From Chiloscyllium plagiosum (lineage: Eukaryota): a stretch of 46,940 bases of DNA. The stretch covers positions 70,074,428 to 70,121,367 of the forward strand of contig NC_057718.1 of the NCBI RefSeq assembly GCF_004010195.1, read 5' to 3'. Made by a program: the position numbers and the translations under genes. The notes below the pieces were generated by a model. It did not search any database. It saw nothing but the letters and a program-made list of their open reading frames with translations, and was not told the origin of the DNA. Within the stretch, counting starts at the first letter, position 1. Each line of letters starts with the position of its first letter. This document shows positions 11,120 to 24,200 of the stretch, piece by piece.

Positions 11120-12812
11120 TAGAACATAGAATATTATAGAACATTACAGAGTAGTACAGGCCCTTCGGCCCTCAATGTTGCGCCTACCTGTGAAACCAAT
11201 CTGAAGCCCATCTAACCTACATTATTCCATTATCATCCATATGTCTATACAACAATAATTTACAAACTTTGGCACCTTACACATGGCCCCCAACTCCAGA
11301 TCAAGTTTATAAATAGGAAATAATTGAGGTCCGATCCCTGAGGCACACCACTAGTCACTGATTTCCAACCATTTATCCCCACTCTTTGCTTCCTGTTGGT
11401 CAACCAATCTACTAGCTATGCTAACACTCAAAATGTAGTGTCATGCATCATTATCTTATGCAGCAGCCTCTTGTGCGGCACCTTGTCAAAGGCATTTTGG
11501 AAACCTAGGTACACCACATCCAATGGGTCCTTGTTGTCCACCTTGCTCATAATATCTTCATAGAATTCCAAAATATTTTTTAAGCATGACCTGCCCTTCA
11601 TGAATCCATGCTGCGTCTGCCCAATGGGACAATTTCTATCGAGATGCCCTATTTCTTCCTTGATAATAGACTCAAAAAGATCTTGGTCAAGACCCCAGCA
11701 ATGTCCTGTTGAGTCTCTCGATAAGCTGGAGTAGATGCCCATCAGGCCCTGGAGACATATCACCTTAATGCTCTTCAAGAGATCCAAAATCTCCTCTTTC
11801 TTGATCTCAAAATGCCCAAGCATATTAGCACAGCCCACAAAAGTCGCACTATCCTCCATATCTTTATCCTGGATGAATACTCATTTAAGGTCTCACCCAC
11901 ATCCTTTGCCTCCAAGCACAAGTTGTCTCCTTTATGCTTGAGTGGTTTTACCTTCTCCCTAGTTATCCTCTAGTTTTTAACATATTTATAGAATGCCTTG
12001 GGATTCCTTTAACCGTACTTGTCAAGGTCAATTCATGGCACCTTCTTGCTCTCCTACTTCCCTGCTTGAGTACTTTCCGGCTTTTCTTTATATTTCTCAT
12101 GGGTTCTGTCTGATTTTAATTTCCTAAACTTTACATATTCTCCTTTTGACTAAATTCAATGTCTGTTATTATCCAAGAATGCCTTACCTTACCATCCTTG
12201 TCCTTCCTCCTTATTGGAACATGCCAGTCTGAACTCATCAGCAGGTCATTAAGCAACTCCCACATGTCAAATATGGAGTTTCCTGATAACAGCTCCTCCC
12301 AATGTTGAGATTATTTGCTTTCCCCAGTTTAGTACTTTGCCACAAGGTCCTGACTTATCCTTATTCATAGTTATCTTAAAACTTAAGGAGTTGTGATCAC
12401 TGTTTCCAAAATATTCTTCCACTGAAAGGTCAGTCACTTGGCCAGACTCATTAGCCAATAAAAGGTCCAGTATGGCCCCTCCTCTATTTGGACTATCCAC
12501 ACACTATTTCAAGAAACCCATCTTGGATGCACTACCAAATTATGCACCAGGTAAGCCTCTTGTTCCAAGGGAGTCCCAGTCAATATTGGGGAAGTTAAAG
12601 TCACCCATTATGATAACTTTGTGTTTTTATTGCTACCTTCCATAATTTGCTCCATATTTGTTCCTTGATCTCTAGTTGTCTGTTGGAGAATCTATAGTAT
12701 AATCCTATCAGAATGATTGCATTCATTTTATGTTTGAGCTCAACCCATATTGCCTCAGTAGATGAGCCCTCCAGTAATACCTCTCCAAATGCAAATGTAC
12801 CATCCTCCTTGA
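11120..12812 (-). mobile_element. Composite of deleted CR1 fragments (tail, RT, endonuclease)
   Basis: QHGFMKGRSCL, DVVYLGFQNAFDKVPH (ORF 11428-11859); AILDLLL, GNSDHN (ORF 12267-12500). Confidence 0.9.
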
Positions 12813-12814
12813 TT

Positions 12815-14058
12815 ATAGAGTCATAGAGATGTACAGCACAGAAACAGACCTTTCAGTCCAACTTGTCCATGCCAACCAGATATCGCAAGCTAATCTAGTC
12901 CACCTGCTAGCACCTGGCCCATATCCCTCCAAATCCTTCCTATTTGTATACCCATCCAGATGCCTTTTAAATGTTGCAATTGTCCTATCCACCACCACTT
13001 CCTCTGGCAGCTCATTCCATACATGTAACACCTTCTGAAAACATTGCCCTTTAGGTCTCTTTTATATATTGCCACTCTCACCCTAAACCCCTCTAGTTCT
13101 GGACTCCCCCACCCAGGGAAAGGTCTATTTATCCTATCCATGCCCCTCATGATTTCATAAATCTCTCTTGGGTCACCCCTCAGCCTTTGATGTTCCAGGG
13201 AAAACAGCACTAACCTATTTAACCTCTCCCTATAGTTCAAATCCTCCAACCCTGGCAACATCCTTGTAAATCTTTTCGGAACCCTTTCAAGTTTCACAAC
13301 ATCTTTCTGATAGGAAGGAGACAACAATTGCATGCAATATTCCAAAAGTGGCCTAACCAATGTCCTGTACAGCAACATGATCTCCCAACCCTTGTACTCA
13401 ATACTCTGACCAATACAGGAAAGCATACCAAATGCCTTCTTCACTATCCTATCTACCTGCGACTCCACTTTCAAGAAGCTATGAATCTGTACTCCAAGGT
13501 CTCCTTGTTCAGCAACACTCCCGAGGACCTTGCTATCAAGTGTATAAGTCCTGCTAAGATTTGCTTTCCCAAAATGCAGCACCTCGCATTTATCTAAATT
13601 AAACTTCCTCTGCCACTTCTCAGCCTTTTAGCCCATCTGATCAAGATGCCATTGTAATCTGAGGTAACCTTCTTTGCTGTCCACTACACCTCCAATTTTA
13701 GTGTCATCTGCAAACTTACCAACCATACCTCTTATGCTCACATCCAAATCATTTATATAAATGATGAAAAGTAGTGGACCCGGCACCGATGCTTGTGGAA
13801 CTCCACTGGTCACAGGCCTCATGTCTGAAACACAGCCCTTTACCACCACCCTCTGTCTTCAATGTTTGAGCCAGCTTTGTATTCAATTGGCTAGTTCTCC
13901 CTGTTTTCTATGAGATATAACCTTATCCCATGGGGAATCTTGTCGAATGCCTTACTGAAGTCCATATAGATCACATCTACTGCTCTGCCCTCATCAATCC
14001 TCTTTGCTACTTCTTCAGAGAACTCAATCAAGTTTGTGAGACATGATTTCCCATGCCA
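12815..14058 (-). mobile_element. Younger CR1 LINE, 5'-truncated, RT to 3' tail
   Basis: GVPQASVPGPLLF, KFADDTKIGG, YRTLVRPLLEYC and an intact 3' tail. Confidence 0.95.
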
Positions 14059-15274
14059 AGATAATGTATCAAGAATGTTTTGTGAGGTTTACCTCAATTT
14101 GGTCTTGCACATATTGAAACTCTTCTCTAAAATATTTGGTGAACTTTACACACTTCAATGTAGGGGAATAGACTCTTCTCATATCAGACACCGAAAGCTC
14201 TAGCCAGCTCATGCCTTATGCTATATCAATTTTCTGATATTTACCACATTGCCTACAATTCAGGAATATGTTTGGTCTGCATGTATTCTTGCTAATATAC
14301 AAAGAAGGAGAGACTTGCCCAAATGCTTGCTACACCAAGTTTCACCCAAGTCTCACCTCCTAGTCCAACGTCTTCTTGTCACTACTCCCACTCTATGTGC
14401 ATCTAGTGGGTCTACATCCAAACTAGAAGGGACTTTTTTTTCCTTTTCAAATTTTCCCTTTGATTTATATGCAAATTAGATCTAAAATTACAATGTATTA
14501 CTATATTCATTTATGTAAAATGAACTCCTCAAATATGTTAAGTGTACAATAGACACTTTATTGATGTGCTTCCAATTAAAATTCTCAAGGTAGATTATAA
14601 TTCCAAGCAAAAATATTCTTTGAAACCACAAAGAGAGAGGAAATAAATAGATTTACATGTGAAAATACAATCAAGGAGTAGGAATAAGTCATTCAGCATC
14701 TCGAGCCTGCTCTACTCTTCAATAAGATCATGGCTGATCCAACTATAACTTAAGCCACATTTCCACCTATACCTTGCAACTATCACTATCACCTTTGGCA
14801 TTTCACTGAAAAGAATACAACAATAATGGTGAGATTTCTGCTTTCCCAAATAATGAATTAAAGATATTGTAGAAATGTTCTGGACAATCAGTACATATTA
14901 TTGTGTCCCACTTAAGGTTGCTTGATGACTGAGATTGCTGCTTCAATCAGCTGGAGCACCAGGCTGACTGCCTAGTCAACTGCTCCCACATAACCTTTAT
15001 TAGAAAGTCATGGATGCAAAGATCCTTAGTTCCACTATTTCACGATAACAGATAGAAAAGTACAGGCTGACAGTCTGCAGTTTTTTGATTAATGTCTGCT
15101 AAGTGTCCAGGTTAGAGACCAAACTTTTTGAACCTAAACTACACTACTCTGTAACAGAATTCTCTTTCAGGAATTTTGAAAATCTTTGTTATTATGTCAG
15201 TCTATAGTCTAAGAAGGTTTGAAAGGATTAGGCTGTGAGTGGCATAACAAAATGTGATGTCAGAGATCACACAT

Positions 15275-16560
15275 TCAGAATCACAGAATCATACAAGCAT
15301 GGAAACAGACCCTTCGGCCCAATCTACCTATGTTGACCAGGTATCTAAAACTGAACTAGTCCTATTTGACTGCATTTGGCCCATATCCCTCTCCATATAC
15401 TTATTTAATAGCCTTTTAAAGGTTGCGATTATGTTCACCTCTACTACTTCCTCTGAAAACTCATTTCAGAAATGCACCACCCGCTGTGCGAAAAAGTTGC
15501 CCAACATGACCTTTTGAAATCTTTCCCCTGTCACCTTAAACTTGTGCCCTCTAATTTTGGACTACCCTACCCTAGGGAAAATACCTTGGCTATTCACCTT
15601 ATTAATGCCTCTTGTGATTTTATAAACCTCTATAAGTCCACCCCTCAGCCTCCAAAGGGGAAAACATTTCCAGTCTATTCAGCCTCTCCTTATCACTCAA
15701 ACCTTCCAACCTCGGTAACATCTTCGTAAATCTTTTCTCACTCCATCTTCAGTTCAATCACATTCTTTCTATAGCAGGGTGACCAGACTTGCATGCAGTA
15801 TTCCAATTGTGGCCTTAACAATGTCTTGTACTGTTGTAACATGAATCCCAACTCCTGTACTCAGTACTGTGACTGGTGAAGGCTAGCATGCCAAACACCT
15901 TCTTCTATCTGTGATGCCACTTTCAAGGAACAATGTACTTGCACCCCTAGGTCTCTCTGTTTGACAACATTCCCCAGGGCCCTACCATTAACTGTAATGA
16001 AGTCCTGCCCTGGTTTATCTTGCCAAAATACAACTTGTATTTATCTAAATTAAACTTCATCTGCCATTTCTCTGCCTTCTGGCCCAGTTGATCAAGATCC
16101 CATTATACATTAAAGACATTTTGCCCAAACTTCAGTTATGTCTTCAGTACCTTCTGTAAATAGTTAATAGTTTGTAAATCTATCACCTTTTGCTTTTTGA
16201 TCAGTCTTTCCTAAATACTGATTATCCTTCCTCTGACTCCTTGCATAGGTTCCCATCTCACTGCCAATTAAATTTAAAGCCTCACCAACCACTCTAGCAA
16301 AACTCCCTCTTAGGGCATTTGTCCCAGTCCTGCCCAAGTGTAACCCATCCAGTTAGTACCGGTCCCACCTCTCCCAGAACTTGTCCCAATGCCCCAGGAA
16401 TCAGAAAAACCTGCCCTTCACACTATCTCTTTAGCCATGTGTTTACTCGATATATCCTACTATTTCAAGCCTAACTGGCACAAGGCACTGATAGCAATCC
16501 TGAGATCACTATCTTCGATGTCTTACTTTTCAGCTTGTTTCCTAACTTTCTGTATTCTGC
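15275..16560 (-). mobile_element. CR1 3' portion (15275-16110) joined to a CR1 ORF1 fragment (about 16200-16560)
   Basis: Collinear with 12815-13650; the second part resembles the WDKFWERWDRY.LDGLHL segment of ORF1. Confidence 0.85.
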
Positions 16561-17493
16561 TGAAAACAAGAAGGACTGGTGCGGCAGATGGAAAACATCT
16601 TGGTTCTCACTTCAAGGATTCTGCTCAGATCGCTTGTTCACAGGCATGAATGATATTGTTTCTATTCCGCTGTGCCTGCTGTGTGATGGAGAAAAGTAGA
16701 CATGACAGAGTTGGTCTGTTCAGAGGGAGACGGTCGAGTGAGGAGAAAGGATCTCAGCAGCAAGCTATATCTAACACACCTGCAGTCTGCTGTAGCCAGG
16801 GAAGAATTCCCTTAATTCAATCTCAATGAGGAAGTATCTGTAGCATCTGTTTCAGTGAGGAAGTATTCACTGATATCACCAGCCTTGCAGGCAGACCACA
16901 TAACTAGAGCTGGTGAGAAAAATATGGCCAAAGGCTGTTGAGTTGACCAAGACCTGGTTTTTCATCCCATCAGTCTCTCTTCAGACTGAAGCAGAACATC
17001 TTCAGTTTGCCATTCACATGGGAAGTTACTTACACTCTGAGTGCAGCGAGAAGGGTATACATTGCTTTCTCTGTTTCAGGGAGAAGCAAATTGACCATGT
17101 ACATGACTTTGCCTGGATAATTATATCACTGTGTCAGCAAGTAAATTTAGACTGTAAACCACAAAATCTTCCACCTGCTCCTTGTGTAGTTGGTGTGCAA
17201 CATGAGGTCACTGTCTGCTAATCTAGCGCAATTATGTTGCTTTTATTCTTTGTCAGTCTTGTGGGAGAGAGGAAAATGTGTCATAATGATTTTTGGGTGA
17301 TGTGTCTGTCGTGGGTGATTAACAAGACAGTGTATGCAAGTAGTGAGATGTGGGTGTGAGGCTTGCAGCAATGTGTGTGGGCATGAATCTGAGGTATGAG
17401 TCATTATTGATAGGGACTGCAGAAAAATGAGTGCAGCAGGGCTATTGACACAGACTGCAGAAAAATAAGTGAAGTAGAATCAATGAATTTAAT

Positions 17494-17648
17494 GAGGAGA
17501 AAGTGAGGTCTGCAGATGCTGGAGATCAAAGTTGAAACTTTATTGCTGGAACAGCACAGCAGGTCAGACAGCATCCAGGGAACAGGAGATTCGACGTTTC
17601 CCTGGATGCTGCCTGACCTGCTGTGCTGTTCCAGCAATAAAGTTTCAA
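17494..17648. mobile_element. Fold-back PLE remnant (family C variant) with 15-bp flanking direct repeat
   Basis: Arms 17532-17582 and 17598-17648 (one mismatch) with a 15-nt loop. TCAATGAATTTAATG at 17480-17494 and 17645-17659. Same left end as 2628. Confidence 0.88.
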
Positions 17649-17699
17649 TGAATTTAATGTAGAGTTGATGGTGGGATTGTAGGGATAAGATATTCAAAG

Positions 17700-17890
17700 G
17701 TGCATTCACTTGCCTTGACCTCTCATGTCATTAAACCTTTGCAGTATTGTATTCAAGCCCTCAGGTTTATACTGTTTGCTTTCTGTTTTTGGAGTCCACC
17801 AGGAAGCCCTTATATTGTACTGCGGATTAAACACCACTCTTATGTACCAAGACTTCCAGCAACCCTGCTTGAAGAATATCAAAGTTCCCA
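17700..17890 (-). pseudogene. Possible Harbinger-type Myb/SANT gene relic
   Basis: LEVLV-like and QRFNDMR..K segments recall the LEALV...CRKKFNDL motifs of these proteins; heavily decayed. Confidence 0.3.
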
Positions 17891-18504
17891 TTCCTCCCTA
17901 CTGGGTCACTGTTCTGTCTTCCAGTAGCTGTTCCAATTAAAATGCATCAAGCATTTGCAAGTGCAGTAGATTGGAATCATGGAATCAAGCAGTACAGAAG
18001 ATACCTATGGCCTATTGAGTCTTTACACTAAAAATATATTACCTACACTGTCTCTCTTTCCTGTATTAGGCTTTCAGCAGGGCAGGCCAACTTGAACAAA
18101 TGTTAACTTCTCATAACTTTGTGGCTGTCTGAGATGCAAAACTACTGGGTGGGAATTTACTTGAGAATACCATTCACCTGGACAATTCTTGTGCTATTTG
18201 CCACTTCCTACCCTGACAGATGGTAAAATTTAACTTTAGCATGGGGTAAAATGAATTGGTTGTTTGAATAATGGTTTTCCCACCAGTGCATTTTTGTAGG
18301 AAGGGAAGCCAGATTAACAAAATTCCATGAGGTTTCTTTCAAATATTTTTTAAAAATTTACCTATGAGTCAAGAGGAGAAGGAAGTCTCAGGCACCCTGC
18401 CAAGTGCCTTCTGGAAATGTGAATACATTATATGACAAGGCTTCCCTTTATCTACAGCACATATTACTCCTTCACAGAACTCCAATAAATTGATCAAATA
18501 TTAT

Positions 18505-19562
18505 TTCATAGAATTGTGACTGCACAGAAAGAGGCCATTTGGCCCATCATATCTGCACCAGCTTTTCAAAATGGCATCATGTAATGATGCCAATTTCCTG
18601 CTTTTTCTGCATGTACTCGCATACTAATTAACGTTAAAATATTCATCAATGCCCACTTGAATGCCTCAGTTGACACTGCCTCCATGACAGTTCCAGGTAG
18701 TGCCAATCAATTAGCTGAGTGAAAAGGTTTTTTCTCAAATCACCCTTGCATTTTTGCATTTCACTTTAAATCTATGCTCTCGCATTCTTTTTTCTTTTAT
18801 GACCAGGTAAGCTTCAATGTATCTACTGTATCCAGCCCTTCTCAAAATTCTTCTCTAGAAGGAGAACAACTCCAACTTTTTCAATCTATCCTCATAACTG
18901 AATATTCTCATTGGAACCATTCTGGTAAATTGCTTCTGTACTCTCTCCAATGTATTCACATCTTTCCTTAAACTTGGTGCCTACAACTGTACACAATACT
19001 CCACCTGAGGTCTTATACAAATACACCACTTCCTTACTCTGTGCCCTTATTAGTAAGGTCGGGGGCACTGTATATTTTATTAACAGTTCTCTCCACTTGT
19101 CCTACCACCTTCAATGGTCTACACACATGTACACTCAGATCCTATGCTCCTGAACTCCTTTTAGAATTGTACCCCCATTTTATATTTTATTTCAATGTTC
19201 TTCTGACCAAAATGCATCACCTCACACCACTCTGCACAGGAAATTCCTATCATTAATGTATATCAGGAAAAGCAAGGGTCTCAAAGCCAACCCCTGGAAA
19301 GCACCACTGCAAACTTTCCTTCAGGTTAAAAAATATCCATTGACCAATACTGTCTGTTTTCTTTCACTCAGCCAATTTTATATCCACATTGCTATTGTCC
19401 CTTTTATACTGTGACCTTTGACTTTGCTCACAAGTCTGTTGTGTGGGACTGAATCTTTAGCCTTTGGAAATTCTGTACTGTATATCGCACCAAAAAAATT
19501 ATTTTGTACATCACTATTTATAGAACTAGTCACAAAACCTTTCATAAATCCATGCTGTCTCA
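18505..19562 (-). mobile_element. Old, internally deleted CR1
   Basis: QHGFMKG, VPHNRLVSKVKGH (ORF 19378-19566); 3' tail near 18510. Confidence 0.8.
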
Positions 19563-19947
19563 ACATAAGGCCTGGGCAGTTTTAACTTCCAGTTCCATTT
19601 TAGTATGATCCACAGACAGACCACCTAATTGCATCAGTTAAGGGGCAGTCTCGTGTTCTCACCTGCCTCCCACATTTTTTTTGACAGGGCTCTCAGACTC
19701 CTGTTATTTAAAGCAGGAATGCACATTTTAAAGCAAGGTCCAGTTTTAACTAATAGCTGACACCATACAGATCAGGAAAAAAGGAACTCATTGACCTCAC
19801 CAAAAATTGAGGCCCAGAAATTTTAGTTCCCAAAGTTCATCTGTAAGACCCTTTTCAAATCCTATCAGAACCTGTTGGGCAGCATAAATTGGCAGTGGCC
19901 AGGAATAGGGTTCTTAGTGGCAGGATGCCATTGGTGAGATCAAATTG

Positions 19948-21502
19948 AATAGAACAAAGAACAGTACAGCACAGAAACAGGCCCTTAGGCCTATCAAGTC
20001 TGCATTGGCACTTTTGTCTCCTTGTGGTCCATATCCCACTATTCCCCGCCTATTCAAGCATCTGTCAAAATGCCTCTTAAATGTTGCTGCTGTATCTACT
20101 TCCATCATCTCCTCTAACAGCATTTACCACCTTCTGTGTAAAAAAACTTGCCTCTCACATCTCCTTTAAACTTTCCCCATTTTACCTTACCTTATGTCCC
20201 CTAGTAATTGATATTTCTACCCTGAGAAAGTGACTCAACTATCGATGCCTCTCAGAAATTTGTAAACTTCTATCAGATCGCCCTCAGCCTTTGATGCTTA
20301 AGTGAAAACAAAGCAAGTTTGTCCAAGCTCTCCTCATGGATAATACCCTCCAAACCAGGCAACATCTTGGTAGATCTAAATATGGCCTAACTAAAGTTCT
20401 ATACAGCTGCAATGTGACTTGACAATTTTTATAATCTCTACCCTGACAATGCAGGCAATCATGCCTTACATCATCTTGACTATTTTATCCACGTATGCTA
20501 ACACCTTTGGGGAACTGTGGACATGTATACTTGATCTTCTGCATGTTAATACTTCTAAGGGTTCTGCCATTTACTGTATACTTTTCTCCTGCATTTGGCC
20601 TTCCAAATGCATCATCTAGCATTTTTTCTGGATTAGATTCCATCTGCCATGCCTCCACCAAAGTGTCCAGCCTATGTATATTCTACTGTATTCTCTGGAA
20701 ATCTTCAGCTTCCCCAATCCTTGTATCATCCATAAATTTACCAATCAGACTACTGACATTCTCCTCCATATCATTTCTTTATATTGCAACCAACAGGGGT
20801 GCCAGCACTGATCCCTGAACACCACTGGTCACAGATCTCCAATCAGAAAAACACCCTTCTATTCTGTATCCATCTTAACAGCTCACTATGGATTCCATGT
20901 GACTTCACCTTCTATATCAACCTGCCATGACGGACCTTGCTAAAAGCCTTGTCAAAGTCCATATCAACAATATCCAGCACCCTGCCCTCATCAATCATCT
21001 TTGTCACTTGCTCAAAAAACTCAATCAGGTTTGTGAGACACCACCTCCCACACATGAAGTCATGCTACCTATCATTAATAAGTCCATATTTTTCCCCAAC
21101 TGTGAGTAAATCCTGTCCCTAAGGATCTTCTCCAATAATTTTCCTCCCACTGACATAAGGCGCATTGGCCTATAACTTCCCCGTTACCCTTCTTAAACAA
21201 AGGAACAACATTGGCGATTCTCTAGTCAGCTGAGACCTCTCCTGTGACTAAAGAGGATACAAGGTGCCAGCAATTTCCTTCCTTGTCTCCTTCAGTATTC
21301 TGGGATATATCCTATGAAATCTAGGAATTTGTCTACCTTAATGGTCTTCAAAACATCCAACACCTCCTCCTTTTTGTTTTTTAGTATGCCCTAGAATATC
21401 AACACATCACTCCCTGAAATCACTATCTGCAAAGTCCTTCTCTTTTGTGAATACCAATTCAAAGTATTTATTAAGGACTTCACCCATTTCCTCTGGCTCC
21501 AT
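19948..21502 (-). mobile_element. CR1 LINE, 3' tail through RT
   Basis: Tail (agaacaaagaacagtacagcacagaaacaggccc); DIVDMDFDKAFSKV and QGSVLAPLLVAI motifs on the minus strand. Confidence 0.9.
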
Positions 21503-21816
21503 AATCCTAGACAGCCAGATGACTGGTTAAAAGGGAGACATGAAACCCACTACAGTTGAGGCAAACAAGGTTTGAGGTTTTCTTAGGAGGTGGAACATGT
21601 GTTGGTCTTGGTCCGTTTTTAAAAATGAACTAGCCAAAATCTTAATTTTCTTCACTTATTCTGGCCCCACATACTTTACTGCGGCCTAGAAACCACTATT
21701 TTTCTTAGATAAATTGAAGAAAGTACTACAATCAGGATCTGTCACACACACTCTGAATTAGGTCCTAATTTTGTCAAATGACCTATTCAATGCTTTGCTT
21801 AAAAGAGGGACCTGCG

Positions 21817-22080
21817 TTTGAAAATGTTGCCTTGTACTCATCAGGACAGACATAAGAATACAATATCTAGAATGAATGAAACAACAAGCTGGGAGATAAG
21901 AATTCCCTGTTGTATTCACCGTAGCAACATCCTGACCAATTAGAATCAACTTGCCAAACAATCAACACTCTTTTCTCATGATGTATAAATTGTTATTCCA
22001 TTTGAAATTTGGTATTCATATGTCCATCCTGATGAATTCAAGATGAAGAACTTCAAATGTAGGTTTCCTTTTTTCAACAA
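21817..22080. mobile_element. Old PLE remnant (family E) with an inverted pair of degenerate HHR motifs
   Basis: CTTGTACTCATCAGGACAGACATAAGAATAC (21831-21861) is an imperfect reverse complement of GTATTCATATGTCCATCCTGATGAATTCAAG (22012-22042); both carry CTGATGA. Confidence 0.55.
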
Positions 22081-22353
22081 TAAATGAGTTCTGTATTACC
22101 AAGTAGCTATTTCTCCAAACCTTCCTTTACCAATGATAACTTATATATTTTGGTCATGGACATGAGCGTGTGAATTTATTGTGAGACTATCAATATTAAG
22201 TTCAAAACTGCTATAGGAATATTGGTGTTAATTGTGATATAATATCAGACAGTTAATTTCCCTTTGTTGGATCCTCTTTCAGAAAGGTGATAAGTCATAA
22301 AAAGAGAACTTTGATGTTTTCATTTTCTCAATAATTGGTTTCCTCTGTACCAG

Positions 22354-22459
22354 AAGCCTCCAAATATGCATTCAGTCAAGTTTATACAAAAGTAGAAAAG
22401 GTTGGAAGAAATGACGACGATGAATACTTTCAACTCACCACAGGAAATTTTTGTAAGAG
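22354..22459 (+). other. Candidate exon (106 nt) of an unidentified transcript
   Basis: Acceptor tttcctctgtaccag| and donor GAG|gtacgt; open frame ASKYAFSQVYTKVEKVGRNDDDEYFQLTTGNFCK; a further strong acceptor at 22717. Confidence 0.4.
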
Positions 22460-22824
22460 GTACGTATTGCACAGCAAAGCTAATCAAAAGAAGGAAGCTT
22501 CATGGTGACACTTTCCTTTCGCCTGGTTGTTGTTCAATTGGTTGTTGTTCACTACAAGCACAACTTGGCATGTAGTGATGAGGCTGGTTTTTTCCCCCCA
22601 ATTAAGAATATTGTTGACTGTAGTATTCTTTTGGAACTTTGAAGATAGTTAATATGTTCTGTGTACATTATTACTTTGTTTCCTTATTCCTTCCCTTTTT
22701 TTTTCCTGTGAACTCAGGTCAGATTTCACAATGCCATTTCAACATTGTTCCCGTCCAGGCTGGTTTCTCAGCCAAATGGTCATCCTTGATCTCTCAGCCA
22801 TAACACTTAATGTAACAGCTGTTT

Positions 22825-23680
22825 ATCAGAGTCATGCAACAACAGAAACAGGCCTTTCAGCCCAACTCGTCTATGCCAATCAGGTTTCCTAAACTGGCCA
22901 GTCCCATTTGCCTGCATTGACTGATACACATTTAAATCTTTCTTATCCACGTATGTGTCCAATTGTATTTTAAATGTTTAAATTGTACCCATCCTGACAG
23001 CTTATTCCAGATACACACTACCCTCTGTGTGAAAATATTGCCTCTCAGGGCCCTTTTAAATCTTTCCCTTCTCACATTTAAACCTGGTTTGGAGGTGCTG
23101 GTGTTGGACTGGGGTGAACAAAGTTTTTTTAAAAAAAAATCAACCAAATAAACCTGTTGGACTATAACTTGGTGCTGTGTGATTTTTAACTTTGTCCACC
23201 TTAAACCTAATAATTTACAACCCTCCAAGCTTTGGACTATCCTATCCTGGGGAAAAGATGTTGGCTATTCATCTTATGTGTGCCCCTCATAAATTTATAG
23301 ACCTCCATAGGTCCCTTCAGCATCTGGGGAAAAAGAATGTTCCAGCCTTTCTGGCCTCTCCTTATAACTCAAACTTTCCAGTCTCAGTAACATCTTTAAG
23401 TCCTTTTTGCACCCTTTCCAGTTTAATAACATCCTTCATATAGCAGAGTAACCAGAATTGTACACCATACTTCAAATGTGGTCTTACCAATGTCTTGTAC
23501 AGCTGTAACAAAATATCCCAATTCCTGTCTTCAATGCTCTGACCAATGAAGACAGACATGCCAAGCATGTCTACCAGTGACACACTTTCAAGGAGCTATG
23601 TATCTGCACCCCTAGGTCTCTCTGATTGACAACACTCCCCAGAGCCCTACCATTAACCGTGTAAGTCCTGTCCTAATTGT
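22825..23680 (-). mobile_element. CR1 3' portion, interrupted by a PLE remnant
   Basis: LYKTLVRPHLKYGVQFW, LERVQK; 3' tail near 22830. Confidence 0.92.
23086..23200. mobile_element. Asymmetric fold-back PLE remnant (family D)
   Basis: GGTGAACAAAGTT ... AACTTTGTCCACC inverted ends; TTAAACCT at 23078-23085 and 23201-23208. Confidence 0.7.
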
Positions 23681-24069
23681 CCTTTATGTTTTAAGTAAGA
23701 CAGGCAGTACTATTGTGTTGCAAAGGTGTTCCTTTAGCAGGTTGTCTGTGGAGACAGCACAGCAGAGCTCAATGTTGCCTTTAAGTTACATAAGTGTCAA
23801 CAAAATTTTAAAGTTCCGAAGTAAGATTACTCCATGGTTGTTGCTTCCATCCCAAAAGTATGCAGCCCTCATACTGTGTTCATTTCCAAGCTTGCAGCGT
23901 TCAGCCAGAGCTAAGTGCACTGTCAAGTATCTACATACCTGAGCGTGGTCTGCAGCATCATGAGAGATTAGCTATTTAATGGTCATCTGCACTAATTTAA
24001 ATGGAGATGCATTTTGACTGAAGCAGATGCTAAAATGTTTGAAGAAGAGTCTTTGACCTGTGTGAGTGT

Positions 24070-24200
24070 TGCCTTCACCACAACAAGATGGAGTGCAGCT
24101 GCAAGGCTCTCCAACACAACAGTAGAGGCCATTGTTCAGGAAATGGACAAGAAGAGAGAGCTCCTCTATCTATTGGAAATCAGGGGTCCTCCAAACAAAC
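24070..24200 (+). pseudogene. Harbinger-type Myb/SANT-like domain relic
   Basis: AAARLSNTTVEAIVQEMDKKRELLY resembles the N-terminal helix (APRFS...EALV.EV..RR..L) of Harbinger/MSANTD proteins. Confidence 0.45.

Noticed and set aside
14357..14422. 66-nt minus-strand exon candidate (LDVDPLDAHRVGVVTRRRWTR)
   Set aside because: The donor is acceptable but the acceptor lacks a polypyrimidine tract.
17405..17477. Imperfect 38-bp tandem duplication, plus short duplications at 2877-2898 and about 29192-29217
   Set aside because: Two-copy local duplications typical of slippage or repair; no sign of function.
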